DNA of 64,000 nucleotides from Sminthopsis crassicaudata (Eukaryota): positions 649,738,558-649,802,557 of the forward strand of contig NC_133619.1 in NCBI RefSeq assembly GCF_048593235.1, in the 5' to 3' direction. Of the stretch, positions 38,381 to 50,470 are shown in pieces. The notes beneath the pieces were generated by a model that did no database searches, was not told the DNA's origin, and worked only from the letters and a program-made list of their open reading frames with translations. Each line of letters begins with the position of its first letter. The stretch's first letter is position 1. The position numbers were made by a program, and so were the translations under genes.

Positions 38381-39129
38381 TTCCCCCCACCCCGGGAGGT
38401 GGGGGCGCCAGCTCTGCTCCCCCGTGCTCCCCTCACCCCTATTTATGCAGCTGCTTCTGCCACAAACCATTCCTTTGTGTGAAACTTGGGGACCTGGAGG
38501 GGACACCTGCATCTCCTCCCCCCAATCACTCCCCAAAAAAGCCATACCCCCGCCCACTCCCCAGCCCCCAGGTCCCTGGGCATCCAGCTGCCTGGGCTGG
38601 AAGGACCCCAGGGACCCTGGGGGCGCTGGAGGAGGGGAGCTGGGGCTAAGGATGGGACCAGCCCCTGACAAGGGCACAGCGCTGAACGAAGGCCGGAGGA
38701 AGTGAATGAGAGCGGCCGGGCCGAACTGCCTGGAGGCGGCAGGGGCCCGGGGCCCAGGGCCCGGGGTGGCCAGAGACGGAGGAATACAGACTTTGGGGAG
38801 CAGGGTGCCGAGAGATCCCCAGCCACCCCTCCCCCCTCCCCCCCCCACGTGTGCCACCACCCCCTCTTCCCATCCCCCCTCCAGGGAGCAAAGAATGTGC
38901 CAATGGTCCCTGCCCCCTCGGGCCTCGGCCGGGGCTGCTGGGACATGTATATAGGGGCGTGGGTTTTTTCTGGGGGCCCCACGCCCACTAATGATGTGCA
39001 ATAGGGGAAGGAGGCTTCTATTTTTGTGGCCGGGGTTGCCCCCCGCCGCCTGGGGTCGGGGTGGGGGGAGGGCACCCACGCTGAGAGAAAGTATTTTCCT
39101 GAGACCTGCCGTGGCCACGGGGCACCGCG

Positions 39130-39135
39130 ATTAAA
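39130..39135 (+). terminator. Probable polyadenylation signal of PPP1R12C
   Basis: ATTAAA followed by GT-rich sequence about 750 nt after the stop codon. Confidence 0.65.
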
Positions 39136-40052
39136 GGGTGTGACTTTGCTGTGGGCCTCAGAGTCTGTGTGTGGGGCACCCTCGGAGCGGGCCGGAGCTT
39201 GACCCAGAGCAGTCAGCACGGATTAAGCTCTTGCTGTGTGCGAACCCTCGAGGGGCTCTTCATGAAGGGAGGGGTCTCCGGGAGGAGTGAGGAGGTGGGT
39301 CCGACTGTGGCCCCGGGACCATCATCATGGCAGCTGGGTGGGGGGGGGGTGGCTTGGGGCGCCCCAAACGGGCAAAAGGGGTGGCAGAGGGAGTGAAGGA
39401 GAATCGGGGGGCAAGTCAAGAGCGATTCCTGGGCTTGTTTTGGGGTAACTCGAGGCCCGTGGTTTGGGTTATCCGGGGACAGTAGATGGGGAGCTGGAGG
39501 TTTGAGGATTCAGTGTGGAGATGGGGATCCAGGGCCATCGGTGGGATGGGACAAGGTGGCTAATGGAAGGAAAGGGGTGCAGGGCCTCGGGGACGGGACT
39601 TCGGCGGGCAAGACCTTGGAGAGAGGAAAGCTTTTGTGTGGGGGGCGGGGCGCCACATGAATGGAAGGCGTCCCAATGGGAGCTCTGTGGGGTAGTCCTT
39701 GGGCAAGCCCCCTAGGCCAGAAGGAAAGGCCCCTGGGAGCTCCGGCGTGGCTCCCTCTAGGGGACACCTCGGATTTGGAGGTTGCGCTCCAATGGCACCC
39801 TTCCCTCCTGTGCGTGAGACAGCAGGGGATCCTGGGGCATTCTAGACCTCAGTGCCGCTCCTTTCCGGGGTTCAGTCACAGCACTTCGGAGCCTGACCTG
39901 AGCACTTCCAACCCCGGGATCAATTCTCTCAAACGCTTTCTGAGAGGGGAGACCCAGCACGGGCAAAGGAAAGCGAGCGCCAGGAGTCCCGGCGCATGCT
40001 GGGTGAAGAACCGCGACCTAGACAGACACCTCGTGCAGTAGACACAACACAC

Positions 40053-40058
40053 TTTATT
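40053..40058 (-). terminator. Polyadenylation signal of EPS8L1
   Basis: AATAAA on the minus strand about 160 nt after the stop codon. Confidence 0.8.
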
Positions 40059-40216
40059 TCCTATCCCGGGCCGGTGGCCACGCCCCTCCCGCCCATAGCC
40101 AATCAGGAGCGCGTTGGGCGGGGCCGGCGGGCGGAGAGAGGAGCGAGGACCAGTCGGTCTCTTGCGGGGTGCTCCGCGTGCCTCTGAAGGAGCTGGGGGG
40201 GATCGGGGTGCAGGGG

Positions 40217-43200
40217 TCACGGCGCGTCCCCGCCCGTCTCCCCCTCCACCTTCCGTTTCTGCTTCTCCATCACTGCCTGGAGCTCCGACAGCTTCTCCGA
40301 GTCCTGGGATCGGAAAGGAAGGAACAGAGCTGAAGACCCCGCCCCCTGGGATCCCCGGGGTCAGGCCTTGCCCCCTCCCCGCCCCCTCGGGGACTCGCCT
40401 CCAGCATAGCTCGGTGCACGGTGACTTGGCTGTAGACCCGGGCCCCCTCCTCCGGGCTCACTGCCTGCAGCTCGTCCTTCTTTAGAGAGAAGAGCTGGGC
40501 GCCCGTTAGGACCCCCAGGGCACTCACGGTCCTATCGAAGGTCGAGGGGGAAGCTGGTCAGGGAGCCCTTCACCCCGCGGGCCGACCCTTGCCCGCTTAG
40601 GCGTCCTGCGCCCCCAGCCCCCCCTCCCAGGGCCAGGTCCTGCCGGCCTGGGCCTTACAGAAACTCGGGGCCTGGGAGGGAGGAGCTTCAGAGAAGCTAA
40701 AGGCCCCTCTCCAGCCCCCAGAGCCCCGAGCTTCCTGCGGAGCACTCACCCGGGGCTGAAGCCCTTGGCCTGCAGCCAGGCTCGGACCTGGGGGGCCGGG
40801 GAGCGGGGACTGAGCGGGGGCTCGGGGGCCGGCCGGGCGGCGCTGGGGGCGCGGCTGGAATTCCGGGGACCCTGCGCCAGGCGAGCCTGCAGCTCCTCGT
40901 TGACGCTCAACATGTGAGCGAACTTTTCTGCAGAATGGGGCGAGGGCAAATAAGGGTCACCGCTGGGGCCCCCCACCAGGGTGCAGCCCCGAGCCACAGG
41001 CCGAGTACTCGGAGGAAGCCAGAGCGATGTGCAGAGGCGCCCTGGAGCTCCAGAACGCGGCCTTCTGGGAGCAGTCCTGGACGGAGCGCCCCATCCCTCC
41101 TCCAGGGGCCCCACTGCCGCCCCCATTCCTCCTCCCGGGACCCCACCTGCCGCCCTCATACCCTTTTCCCCAGCGTCCAAGTCCAGGCTGTCTGTGCTAC
41201 CCCAGCGGGGTCTGGGAGGGGCTGGGGCTGGGGGAGGGGGCGGGGTCCTCTGTTCCTGCAGGGACAAGAAAGTTACCTGGGGGGCCCTCAGGCCTCCTGA
41301 GAGCCTCCATCCTGGCCTCTCGGGAGGGGCTTCTCCCCCTCCCCCCCTTGCTCAATCCCCCCTCCCCGCTCACCAGGGCCCTGGCAGGGCTGGCTTTTCG
41401 GCTCGGGGGCCCGGGGTGAGGAGTGAGGATGTTGTAGGGGACGTAACCCTGCTGTCCCTGAAGGTCCCGAACCTTCCACCACTTCCGGGCATCATCCAGG
41501 ACCTGGGGGGGGGGGGCAGAAAGCCTCAGTTCTGTGGGAGTCCCCACCTCTATTCCTTCACAGCCCCACGGTGACCCCTTCAAGGCTCCCTTTGGGGAGG
41601 GGCCTCCCTGAGTGCGCTTAGCTGCTGCGTGGCCTGGGAGCTAACAGCCCCTCCCCAGTGCCCCCGAGGGCAGGGTCTAATAGAGGCCCTTCAGCGTCTG
41701 CCGACCTGGGCCCACACAGCGGAACCGGGGAGCTGCGGCTGGGGGCTGGCCAACAGCATGGGGGGAGGGGGCTTGTCCCAGGCACAAAAGCCTCTCCTGA
41801 AGGAGAGGGGGCGGGGCGGGGCCAGGGGCTTCATCCCAGAGAGCAGGAAGTGGGAGCCTGGGAAGAGCCAGCACTTGGCCTTGTAGCCTGGGGAGCCACT
41901 GACGGTGTTAGGGGGAGGAGAGCTTTGAGGAAGCCTGGATGTGGAGAGACCAGCTAGGAACCTGTCCTGGCTCGGGCTGGGGGGGGGGGTGCGCAGAGAA
42001 GACTGACGGGACAGACCTTTGGTAGGGAGAGGCCTGACGGGGGAGAGGCTGGCCCTTAGAGGGCGGCCCTTCTTCCTTAGAGGTGGTCACTGCAGCCACC
42101 TGAGCGAAGGCCCCCCAGAGGGATGCTGCAGGGGGCTGAGTGCTGGGAGCACAGGGGCGCCCTTGGAAGAACGGTGGATCCCCAAGGAGAGCACGGAGAA
42201 GGGAAGCCAGTGGGGGAGAGATGCAAGACCGCCAAGGGAGGGGGAGGTCTCTCTGCCCTGCCTCCCGCCCCCCTTCTCTGCTTGGGCTGTCCCCCCCATC
42301 CGGGCCCCAGGGTTTGCTCACCTCCAGCAGGTCCCCGCGATGGACAGAGAGCTCACTGCCGTTCCGGGCCTGGAAGTCGTAGTTACAGAGAACCCACTTC
42401 CCTGGGACTCCCGCCTCGGGCTCGGCCTGGGACTCGGCCTCCAGCTCTGAGTCTGGCTCTGGGTGGCTGACGGGGGTCGTGGGGGAGAGGTCAGAGGCAA
42501 GCTGGTCTCCCCCAAGGGAGGGGGGCAGGGAGGCGGGACTCAGGGGAGGGGCAGGAGAGGGAAAGCTGGGCGGAGCCAGAGCCTCAAAAACACAGACTGG
42601 GAGGCAGAGACATGGAGACCCAGAAACCTGGGCAGAGAAAGTGGGGGAGAGGAGAGAGACTGAGGGAGAAACAGAGAGAGAGGGGGGAGGGAGAGAAGGA
42701 GGGAGAGAGAGAGGGAAGGAAGGAGGGAGAGAGGGAAGGACGGAGGAGACACAGTGGGAGGGAGGGGGACAACGTAGAGGGGGATGCGTTCCTGGGGAGG
42801 GCAGGGAGGAACCCCCCCAATCTTACCTGTGCAAGGGAGGGGGGTCTTCAGGGCCTCGGCCCCTCCCTGTTCGGGGCTGACAGCTCCGGGGTCCGGTCCC
42901 TGCAGGGCCCCGCTTCCGTCCCCTCCATGGCGCCCCCGGGGGCGCAGGTTTCCAGCCCCTCTGCCCCGGGCCCCTGGGCTCTCCCCGACGCCGCTTCCTC
43001 CTCGAGCCGGCCCAGCGCTCCTCCCCCGTCCTCCTTTCCAGTCCTCCCGAGTGTGTTTGTGTCTCTGCGCCTCCCCATCCTCCCTCCCTAGCTCTCCCAG
43101 GCTCCCTCCCTATCCCTGCCGATGCCCCCCGTCCGCTAGCCCCGCTGGTTTCTGCCCCCCCCCGCCGGCTCCCCCCCTCACCACCTCACCCACCTGCACC

Positions 43201-46200
43201 CCCGCCGCAAGGGCCCGGGAGACACAGAGCCGGACAGAGACAGACACAGAGAGACAGAGACAAGTTTAGCGCCTCCGGCCCCTCCCCGAGCCCCGCCCAT
43301 TGCCCGCCCACCGCCCCGCCCCCTCAGACTCACCCATTGACCTCGATCTGGGGGGCCGATTGCTGCCGGGAGAGAAGAGGGGGCTGAGGGCGGGGCCGGG
43401 GGCTCTGGCCCTTCCGCCCGGGACCCTCCAGAGAAGCTCAGGGGCCGGCCCGAGCCGAGGGGAGGGGCGCGGAGACCTGGGCGGGCCGGGCTCACCTGCC
43501 ACCGGCGCCTCTCGTGGCGGTGCTGGCCCTCCACCGGATCCTCCCAGGGCTGGCCCCCGGGCGCGTGGGGGGCGGGCTCCCAGCCGCTGTAGAAGGCCGG
43601 GGCGTAGGGGGCGCCGTCCTCAGGGGGAAGCTCGAGCCTGTGGGGGGCAGGGGGGTCACGTGCGTAGCCGGCGCCGCGCGCCTCAGTTTCCCCGCCCGCA
43701 GCGGGGGCTGACAATGGCTCCCTCCCGGGGGTGGGCGGGGAGCCGGGGAAGGCCCCAGGTACCGGGCTTTGGTCCAGGAGTCTCCCAGGGAAGTCCAGAG
43801 CTCCGCCTCTCGGGGGGTCAGCGTCTCTCTCAGCAGCGCCACGGCCTCGGCGGTCAGACGCGGCTGCTGCACGGCCTGGGCAAGGCCGGGGCCCCCGGAC
43901 GTGTCCACCACCTAGCGGGGAACGGAGGCGTTGCCCCAGCCTGGCCGCCCCCACGCGCCCAGCCCCTCCCCCCTCCCCCGCGGGCCCCTCACCATCTGCA
44001 GCGGGCCCAGCAGGAAGTGCAGCAGCTCGGGGGCCGAGGGGTCCGTGATGTTGGCTCGGAGGCGGGCCTGGGAGGGGGGGAGAAGTTCTGGGTCAGCCGC
44101 CCCTCTCTCTCCCCCCCCCCCCCCGCGGGGGCAGACCCGGGACGACCCCCACTTTCTCACCAGCAGGCTGAAGGAATACTTGATCTTGCGCAGGATGTCT
44201 ACGTACTCCTCCTCCGTGGGGGGCTTGGCCCGAAGGGTCAGGAGCCCCTCTGAGGAAGAGATGGGGAAGGGGAGTCTCGGTGTGGGGAAAGAGCCCCAAG
44301 GCACCCTCGGGCCCTGGTCCCAGCTCAGGCAGATCCCTTCCCCCCCTGCTGCCAGCGTGGCCTGGGGGCCTCTGGGGGGTGGGGGATGTGACCCGGGGAG
44401 GCTTGGGAAAAGAGACTTGGGGGAGGGAGAAGGGAGGAGAGAGAGGGGTGGGGTGGGGGAGACAAACCCAGAAGCAGAGACACCGACAGACAGACCCAGA
44501 AGCAGAGACATGGACAGACAGACAGACCCAGAAGCAGACAGACAGACAGACCCAGAAGCAGACAGACAGACAGACCCAGAAGCAGAGACATGGACAGACA
44601 GACAGACCCAGAAGCAGAGACATGGACAGACAGACCCAGAAGCAGACAGACAGACAGACCCAGAAGCAGAGACATGGACAGACAGACCCAGAACCAGAGA
44701 CATGGACAGACAGACCCAGAAGCAGAGACATGGACAGACAGACCCAGAAGCAGAGACATGGACAGACAGACAGACCCAGAAGCAGAGACACCGACAGACA
44801 GACCCAGAAGCAGAGAGGAGGAGGGGAGTGGGAGTAGAAGGAAAAGGAGGCCGTGAACAGCTCCAGGGGAAAAGAGAGAATTCAGGGTCGGCCTCTCAGT
44901 GCGCCCCCTGGTTCCTGGCCAGGGAAACCCTCAGAGGGGACTTGGGGGGCTCCCTGCCTAGCGCCCCGCCCATGGGACCCCCGATGGCTTTCCCATTTGC
45001 TCCCAATGGGTCCCCTATGGGTGCTTTGGGGGTGAGTGGGGGGCCCAAGCACACCAACAGTTGCCCCCTCAAACCCCGGGGGGCTGAGAGCTGGCTTGTG
45101 TCCCCCAAGGAGCGGCTGGGGGCGAGGGGAAAAGCAGGCAGGTGCGTGCTCCAGCCCCCTGGGGGGAGCTCAGAGCCCAGGAGGCCCCAGGCCCCACAGC
45201 CCAGTGCTAGCCCAGGGACCCCGGGCTGGGGTGCTCTGAAGCCCTGGGGGGCACCTAGTGTGTGCTGTGTATATATAAATGTGTTTGGGGTGGGAGGGCT
45301 GCACAGGCCGGGAGAAGGGGGCCCTTCCTTCCCTCCCTCCTCCCTGGGGGGCCCCTCCCTCCCCCCCAGGACCCCCACCTCCCGCGGCCCTCCTCCGGGC
45401 CCGCCGGCCGCGCTCCCGGTGCTCCAGGACACGGGAGGCCTCGGCGGACTTCTGCAGCTTGGCCACGAAGCTCTCGACATCATCCAGGATGTGATTCAGG
45501 ATGTCCTAGGAGCAGGGTTAGGGTGAGACAGGGAGGGGACCCCGGCGGGTCTCCCCAGGTGCCCCTTCCTCCCCGGCCCGGGGCTCACCACGTTGCGCTC
45601 CGCCTCCAGACTGGCCAGTTCCAGGGCGGGCCTCTGGGTACCTGGGGAGGGAGGCAGGGCTCGGGCGGCTGGCGCTGCCCCTTCCCCCTGCTGTGGTACC
45701 CATTCCCCTCCCTGCTTTTGCCCCTGGCTGGTTACCATTTCCCTGGGGCAGGGCTGAGGCTCCGGCCTGGGGTCCCGTGGGTGAGGGGCTCCCCAAGGCC
45801 ACAAAGCCCCCCCAGCCTTCACCTTCTTGCTCCTCGGGGACGGCTGCCTCTTCACTGGCCCGCGGTGCCACCGGGCGCTCCCGGGGCGCTATAGCCACGC
45901 GAGTGGAAGGCCGGCGTTGGAAGGGGGCGGCCGGGGGCCCGGGGCTGGGTGTGCGGTTCAGCTCCTCCTGGGTGGCCCTGTGGAGGGCGGGGTCAGCCGG
46001 GGCCCCCAGTCTCAGAGTCCCCCCCTCCCCAGCGTGCCCGGCTCCCCGCCCACCTCAGGGCGGCCGCCCGCCGAGCCCCACTCCCCGAGCGCTGGGCTTG
46101 CAAGGCCCCGTGGATGTCCTCTCGGATCAGCTCCGCCTGCCAAGCAAAGACAACGTGGGGCAGCTCCCCTAGCCAGGGCCTCTCCTCCCTGAGCTCCCCC

Positions 46201-48830
46201 CCAAGGAGATGCCCCCCCAGAGCTGGAGCAGGGCCGGCTCCCCTCATGCCCGTCTCCTTCCCTTCTGTTTTCTCCCCTCCTTTGCCCCCCCCCCCCATTT
46301 CCTGAGCCCTTTTTTCTGTCTCTGGTTTCCCTCAGATACTACCAGCACTCCCAGCTAGTTCCTGGGGGCTCTGACTGCTCAGGGGGACCCCCTCCCAACC
46401 CCCCACCGGGCTCAGGGGAAGCTCACAGCTCCCCCTTCCCAGCCCTTCCCCCGCTCACCCCGACCCGGAGGCCCTGGAAGTAGTGGACGTCGGGCTGGGG
46501 CCGCTCGGGCTCCTGGCACACCAGGAGGAGCAGTGAGTGGGTCTGGCCCGGGGGAAGCACGGTCTCGCATCGAAGGATGGAGGGCAAGGCATAGGACTCC
46601 AGCTCCTCCTGTGGGAGGGTGTAGAGGCTGGCAAGATAGCCAGGGGCCCTCCCTCCCCACTGCTTCCCCTCTGACCCCAGAGGCAGAACCCTCCCCATGC
46701 CATTCCCTCTGACCCCAGAGGCAGATCCCCTCCCCATGCCATTCCCTCTGACCCCAGAGGCAGATCCCCTCCCCATGCCATTCCCTCTGACCCCAGAGGC
46801 AGAACCCTCCCCATGCCATTCCCTCTGACCCCAGAGGCAGATCCCTCCCCATGCCATTCCCTCTGACCCCAGAGGCAGAACCCTCCCCATGCCATTCCCT
46901 CTGACCCCAGAGGCAGATCCCCTCCCCATGCCATTCCCTCTGACCCCAGAGGCAGATCCCCTCCCCATGCCATTCCCTCTGACCCCAGAGGCAGAACCCT
47001 CCCCATGCCATTCCCTCTGACCCCAGAGGCAGATCCCTCCCCATGCCATTCCCTCTGACCCCAGAGGCAGAACCCTCCCCATGCCATTCCCTCTGACCCC
47101 AGAGGCAGATCCCCTCCCCATGCCATTCCCTCTGACCCCAGAGGCAGATCCCCTCCCCATGCCATTCCCTCTGACCCCAGAGGCAGAACCCTCCCCATGC
47201 CATTCCCTCTGACCCCAGAGGCAGATCCCCTCCCCACTGCTTCCCCTCTGACCCCAGAGGCAGAACCCTCCCCATGCCATTCCCTCTGACCCCAGAGGCA
47301 GAACCCTCCCCATGCCATTCCCTCTGACCCCAGAGGCAGATCCCCTCCCCACTGCTTCCCCTCTGACCCCAGAGGCAGAACCCTCCCCATGCCATTCCCT
47401 CTGACCCCAGAGGCAGATCCCCTCCCCACTGCTTCCCCTCTGACCCCAGAGGCAGAACCCTCCCCATGCCATTCCCTCTGACCCCAGAGGCAGAACCCTC
47501 CCCATGCCATTCCCTCTGACCCCAGAGGCAGATCCCCTCCCCACTGCTTCCCCTCTGACCCCAGAGGCAGAACCCTCCCCATGCCATTCCCTCTGACCCC
47601 AGAGGCAGAACCCTCCCCATGCCATTCCCTCTGACCCCAGAGGCAGATCCCCTCCCCACTGCTTCCCCTCTGACCCCAGAGGCAGAACCCTCCCCATGCC
47701 ATTCCCTCTGACCCCAGAGGCAGATCCCCTCCCCACTGCTTCCCCTCTGACCCCAGAGGCAGAACCCTCCCCATGCCATTCCCTCTGACCCCAGAGGCAG
47801 AACCCTCCCCATGCCATTCCCTCTGACCCCAGAGGCAGATCCCCCTTCCCACTGAGTCCCCTCTGACCCCATGGGCAGACCCCCCAACCTCCCCCTCTGC
47901 TTCTCCACAGGAAGAAGCCGGGGCCAGGGGGCTGGGAGGGTGACCCTGGGGTTCAGGCCCGCCTCCTGACCTTGGAGTCCACGTCCAGCAGCTTCACGTG
48001 GCCGGCGGACACCTGGAGCAGCATCTCCTGGGCCCAAATGCGCCCCTGGGCGTCCATGGCCGAGAGCTTCCTGGAGGCGTCCTCCACGGTGTGGACCCCA
48101 TCCTCCTCCCCCAAGCAGAAGGTCACCAGGTGCTGGGGGAGGGGCAAGGCAGGTCAGCCCCGGGCTCCCCAGGCTCCCCCACTTCCCCGCCCCCCAGGCT
48201 CCCAAGACTCACGTTGACGGCGTACTGGGACACATCTGCCATGACCACGGTTGAGTACCTCTTCCTTTGCTCTGGGACCAGAGAGGGAAGCTGAGGGACA
48301 GCTGCTCCCGCCCCCGCCTGCCCCCCCAAGTTCAGCACCCTCAGAATCGTCCTGCTCTGCCAGCCAGGAACCTCCTTCACCAGGAAGGGACCTGAGGAGC
48401 CTCCGCTTGGAGGGAGAAGGCACTGAGGGCTACCCCACCCCCACCCATCTTATAGACAAGGAAACTGAGGCCCAAAGCAAAAGTGGAGTCCATCCCGGTC
48501 CTGAGGCTGCCGCGCAGGGCCTTCCACCTCCAGAGCTCCTCCCTCGGTCCCAGCGGATCCTGTCCGGCCGGGCTGGGGGAGTTTCTGGGCAGTTCCTTTA
48601 CAGCCAAGACAGGCCCCGGCCCCCAACCCTGCCTGCCCCCCCCAGGCGGCCCCTGACTCACCATAGATGGACTTGGCGCTGGGCTTGGGGGCTGCCGTGG
48701 GCCTGGTGGAGGGTCGGAGAGTCACTGGGTGAAGCAGGTCAGACCCACCCCCCCCACTGAGGGGCAGAGCCAAGGGGAAGAAGGGATAGGCGGGGGCGGG
48801 GGGACACACTCACCCTGCGGGGCTGCTCAT
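40217..48830 (-). CDS. EPS8L1: EPS8-like protein 1, about 727 aa, 20 coding exons in transcript order: 48830-48814, 48702-48662, 48271-48213, 48132-47971, 46608-46459, 46136-46054, 45977-45736 (alternative donor at 45823), 45641-45589, 45505-45379, 44249-44161, 44067-43993, 43911-43763, 43637-43496, 43362-43334, 42466-42322, 41502-41374, 41255-41162, 40927-40750, 40531-40399, 40303-40217
   Basis: GCCACCATG start. [36 protein letters not shown]; PTB domain ([19 protein letters not shown]); SH3 domain ([33 protein letters not shown]); SAM-like C-terminus ([20 protein letters not shown]). All phases are consistent. One donor is GC. Confidence 0.94.
44460..44815. repeat. AGAC-rich compound tandem repeat in an EPS8L1 intron
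   Basis: CAGACAGACCCAGAAGCAGAGACATGGA units with variable (CAGA)n. Confidence 0.9.
46665..47870. repeat. 38/39-bp minisatellite, about 31 copies, in the EPS8L1 intron between the PTB exons
   Basis: Unit GCCATTCCCTCTGACCCCAGAGGCAGAACCCTCCCCAT with variants. Confidence 0.96.
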
Positions 48831-49097
48831 GGTGGCCCCAGGCCAGGCACCCCGGGAGAGGAGAGGCTTCCCGTGGGGCCCGGAGCCTTCGGGGTCCTGC
48901 TCTGGGGAGGAAAGACAGGCTGCAGCTGCTGGGCCGCCGCGGGCTCCCTGAGCGGGCCCAGTCCCCAGAGCCCCACCTGGCCCGCATACCTAAGCCTTCG
49001 CCTGTGGGTGTGGTTCTGGGAGCGGGAGCTTCCACCTGTGCGAGCCTGGCCCCGAGGGAGGTGGGCACAGGGGAATACCCGGGCCTTAGGGAGGTGC

Positions 49098-49718
49098 GGA
49101 CCGGGATGCCTGGGTGCTCAGGGAGGAGGGCGCTGGGGGACCGGGATGCCTGGGTCCTCGGGGAGGAGGGCGCTGGGGGACCGGGATGCCTGGGTCCTCG
49201 GGGAGGAGGGCGCTGGGGGACCGGGATGCCTGGGTGCTCAGGGAGGAGGGCGCTGGGGGACCGGGATGCCTGGGTCCTCGGGGAGGAGGGCGCTGGGGGA
49301 CCGGGATGCCTGGGTCCTCGGGGAGGAGGGCGCTGGGGGACCGGGATGCCTGGGTCCTCGGGGAGGAGGGCGCTGGGGGACCGGGATGCCTGGGTCCTCG
49401 GGGAGGAGGGCGCTGGGGGACCGGGATGCCTGGGTCCTCGGGGAGGAGGGCGCTGGGGGATCGGGATGCCTGGGTCCTCGGGGAGGAGGGCGCTGGGGGA
49501 CCGGGATGCCTGGGTCCTTGGGGAGGAGGGCGCTGGGGGACCGGGATGCCTGGGTCCTCGGGGAGGAGGGCGCTGGGGGATCGGGATGCCTGGGTCCTCG
49601 GGGAGGAGGGCGCTGGGGGACCGGGATGCCTGGGTCCTCAGGGAGGAGGGCGCTGGGGGACCGGGATGCCTGGGTCCTCGGGGAGGAGGGCGCTGGGGGA
49701 TCGGGATACCTGGGTCCC
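49098..49718. repeat. 40-bp G- and CpG-rich minisatellite, about 15 copies, in the EPS8L1 5' region
   Basis: Unit CCGGGATGCCTGGGTCCTCGGGGAGGAGGGCGCTGGGGGA. Confidence 0.96.
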
Positions 49719-49779
49719 TGGAAGCAGAAGACCAAGTGGAGCAGTGGAAGGAGCCCGGCACAGCCTGTGCTTGGCCTAG

Positions 49780-50470
49780 GGTGTGACCGAAACTGGGCCC
49801 CGCGCCCCTCCCTCCCGCGCTCAGCCAGTCCCCGCTTCCTGCTCCTCCCCGGCCCCAGCCCCGCCCCGCCCCCGCCGCGCACACCTGTCGGTCCGGGTTC
49901 CCCGGGAGAGGGGCCGGTACCGCCCCCTCCGCCCGGCCTCGGGCGCCCCGCCCCCTCCTGGGGTCCAGGCCCACCTTGGCCACGTGAGACCGGGCCTGCC
50001 CCTGAGGGAGCACCGGGCGTTGGGAGGCGGGGGGCGGCCCTCGAGCCCCCGGACCCTAGACCGGGCGGCCCGGGCTCCGCGCTCCGGGCAGGGGCCGGCC
50101 CACGGTGGGAGCAACCGGGCGGCGGAACGACGGGCAGCCTGGGACGGTTTGGGGCGCGCCCACCCCCGGCCCCTCAGCTGCGCCGCCCCTTTTGCTCTCC
50201 CGCACGTCCAGGGCAGGCCCCCGGCCGCCCCGCCCGGCCCCGCGGGTATCGGGTGTCCGAGGTTTTCGGCCCTTTCGGAAACAATGGGAGCCGCCCGGCA
50301 GGAGGGAGCGCCCGGCCGGGAAGGGGCGGGGGGCGGGGCCGGCCGGCGGGGAACCTGCCCGGCCGGCTGGAGAGGGGCGGGAGCCGGCCCTGTTTGCTCA
50401 CGGGGAGGGAGCCCGGGGTGGCGGCCCAGGGCAGGAGCGGGAGAAAGGGCCCCTGTTTCCGGCCCGCTCC
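49780..50470 (-). promoter_or_regulatory. CpG island, likely EPS8L1 promoter and non-coding first exon region
   Basis: CpG-dense with multiple GC boxes (CCCCGCCCC), about 1 kb upstream of the ATG exon. Candidate minus-strand donors lie near 49884 and 48989; the first exon is not fixed. Confidence 0.55.

Noticed and set aside
42827-43140. Orphan strong minus-strand donor CAG|GTAAGA at 42827 in an EPS8L1 intron
   Set aside because: No polypyrimidine acceptor upstream, and the Kozak ATG (42929) hits a stop before the donor. It could still be a non-coding alternative first exon but is unsupported.
46412-48205. ORFs of 464-597 aa
   Set aside because: Read-through of an intronic VNTR into real EPS8L1 exons; not separate genes.
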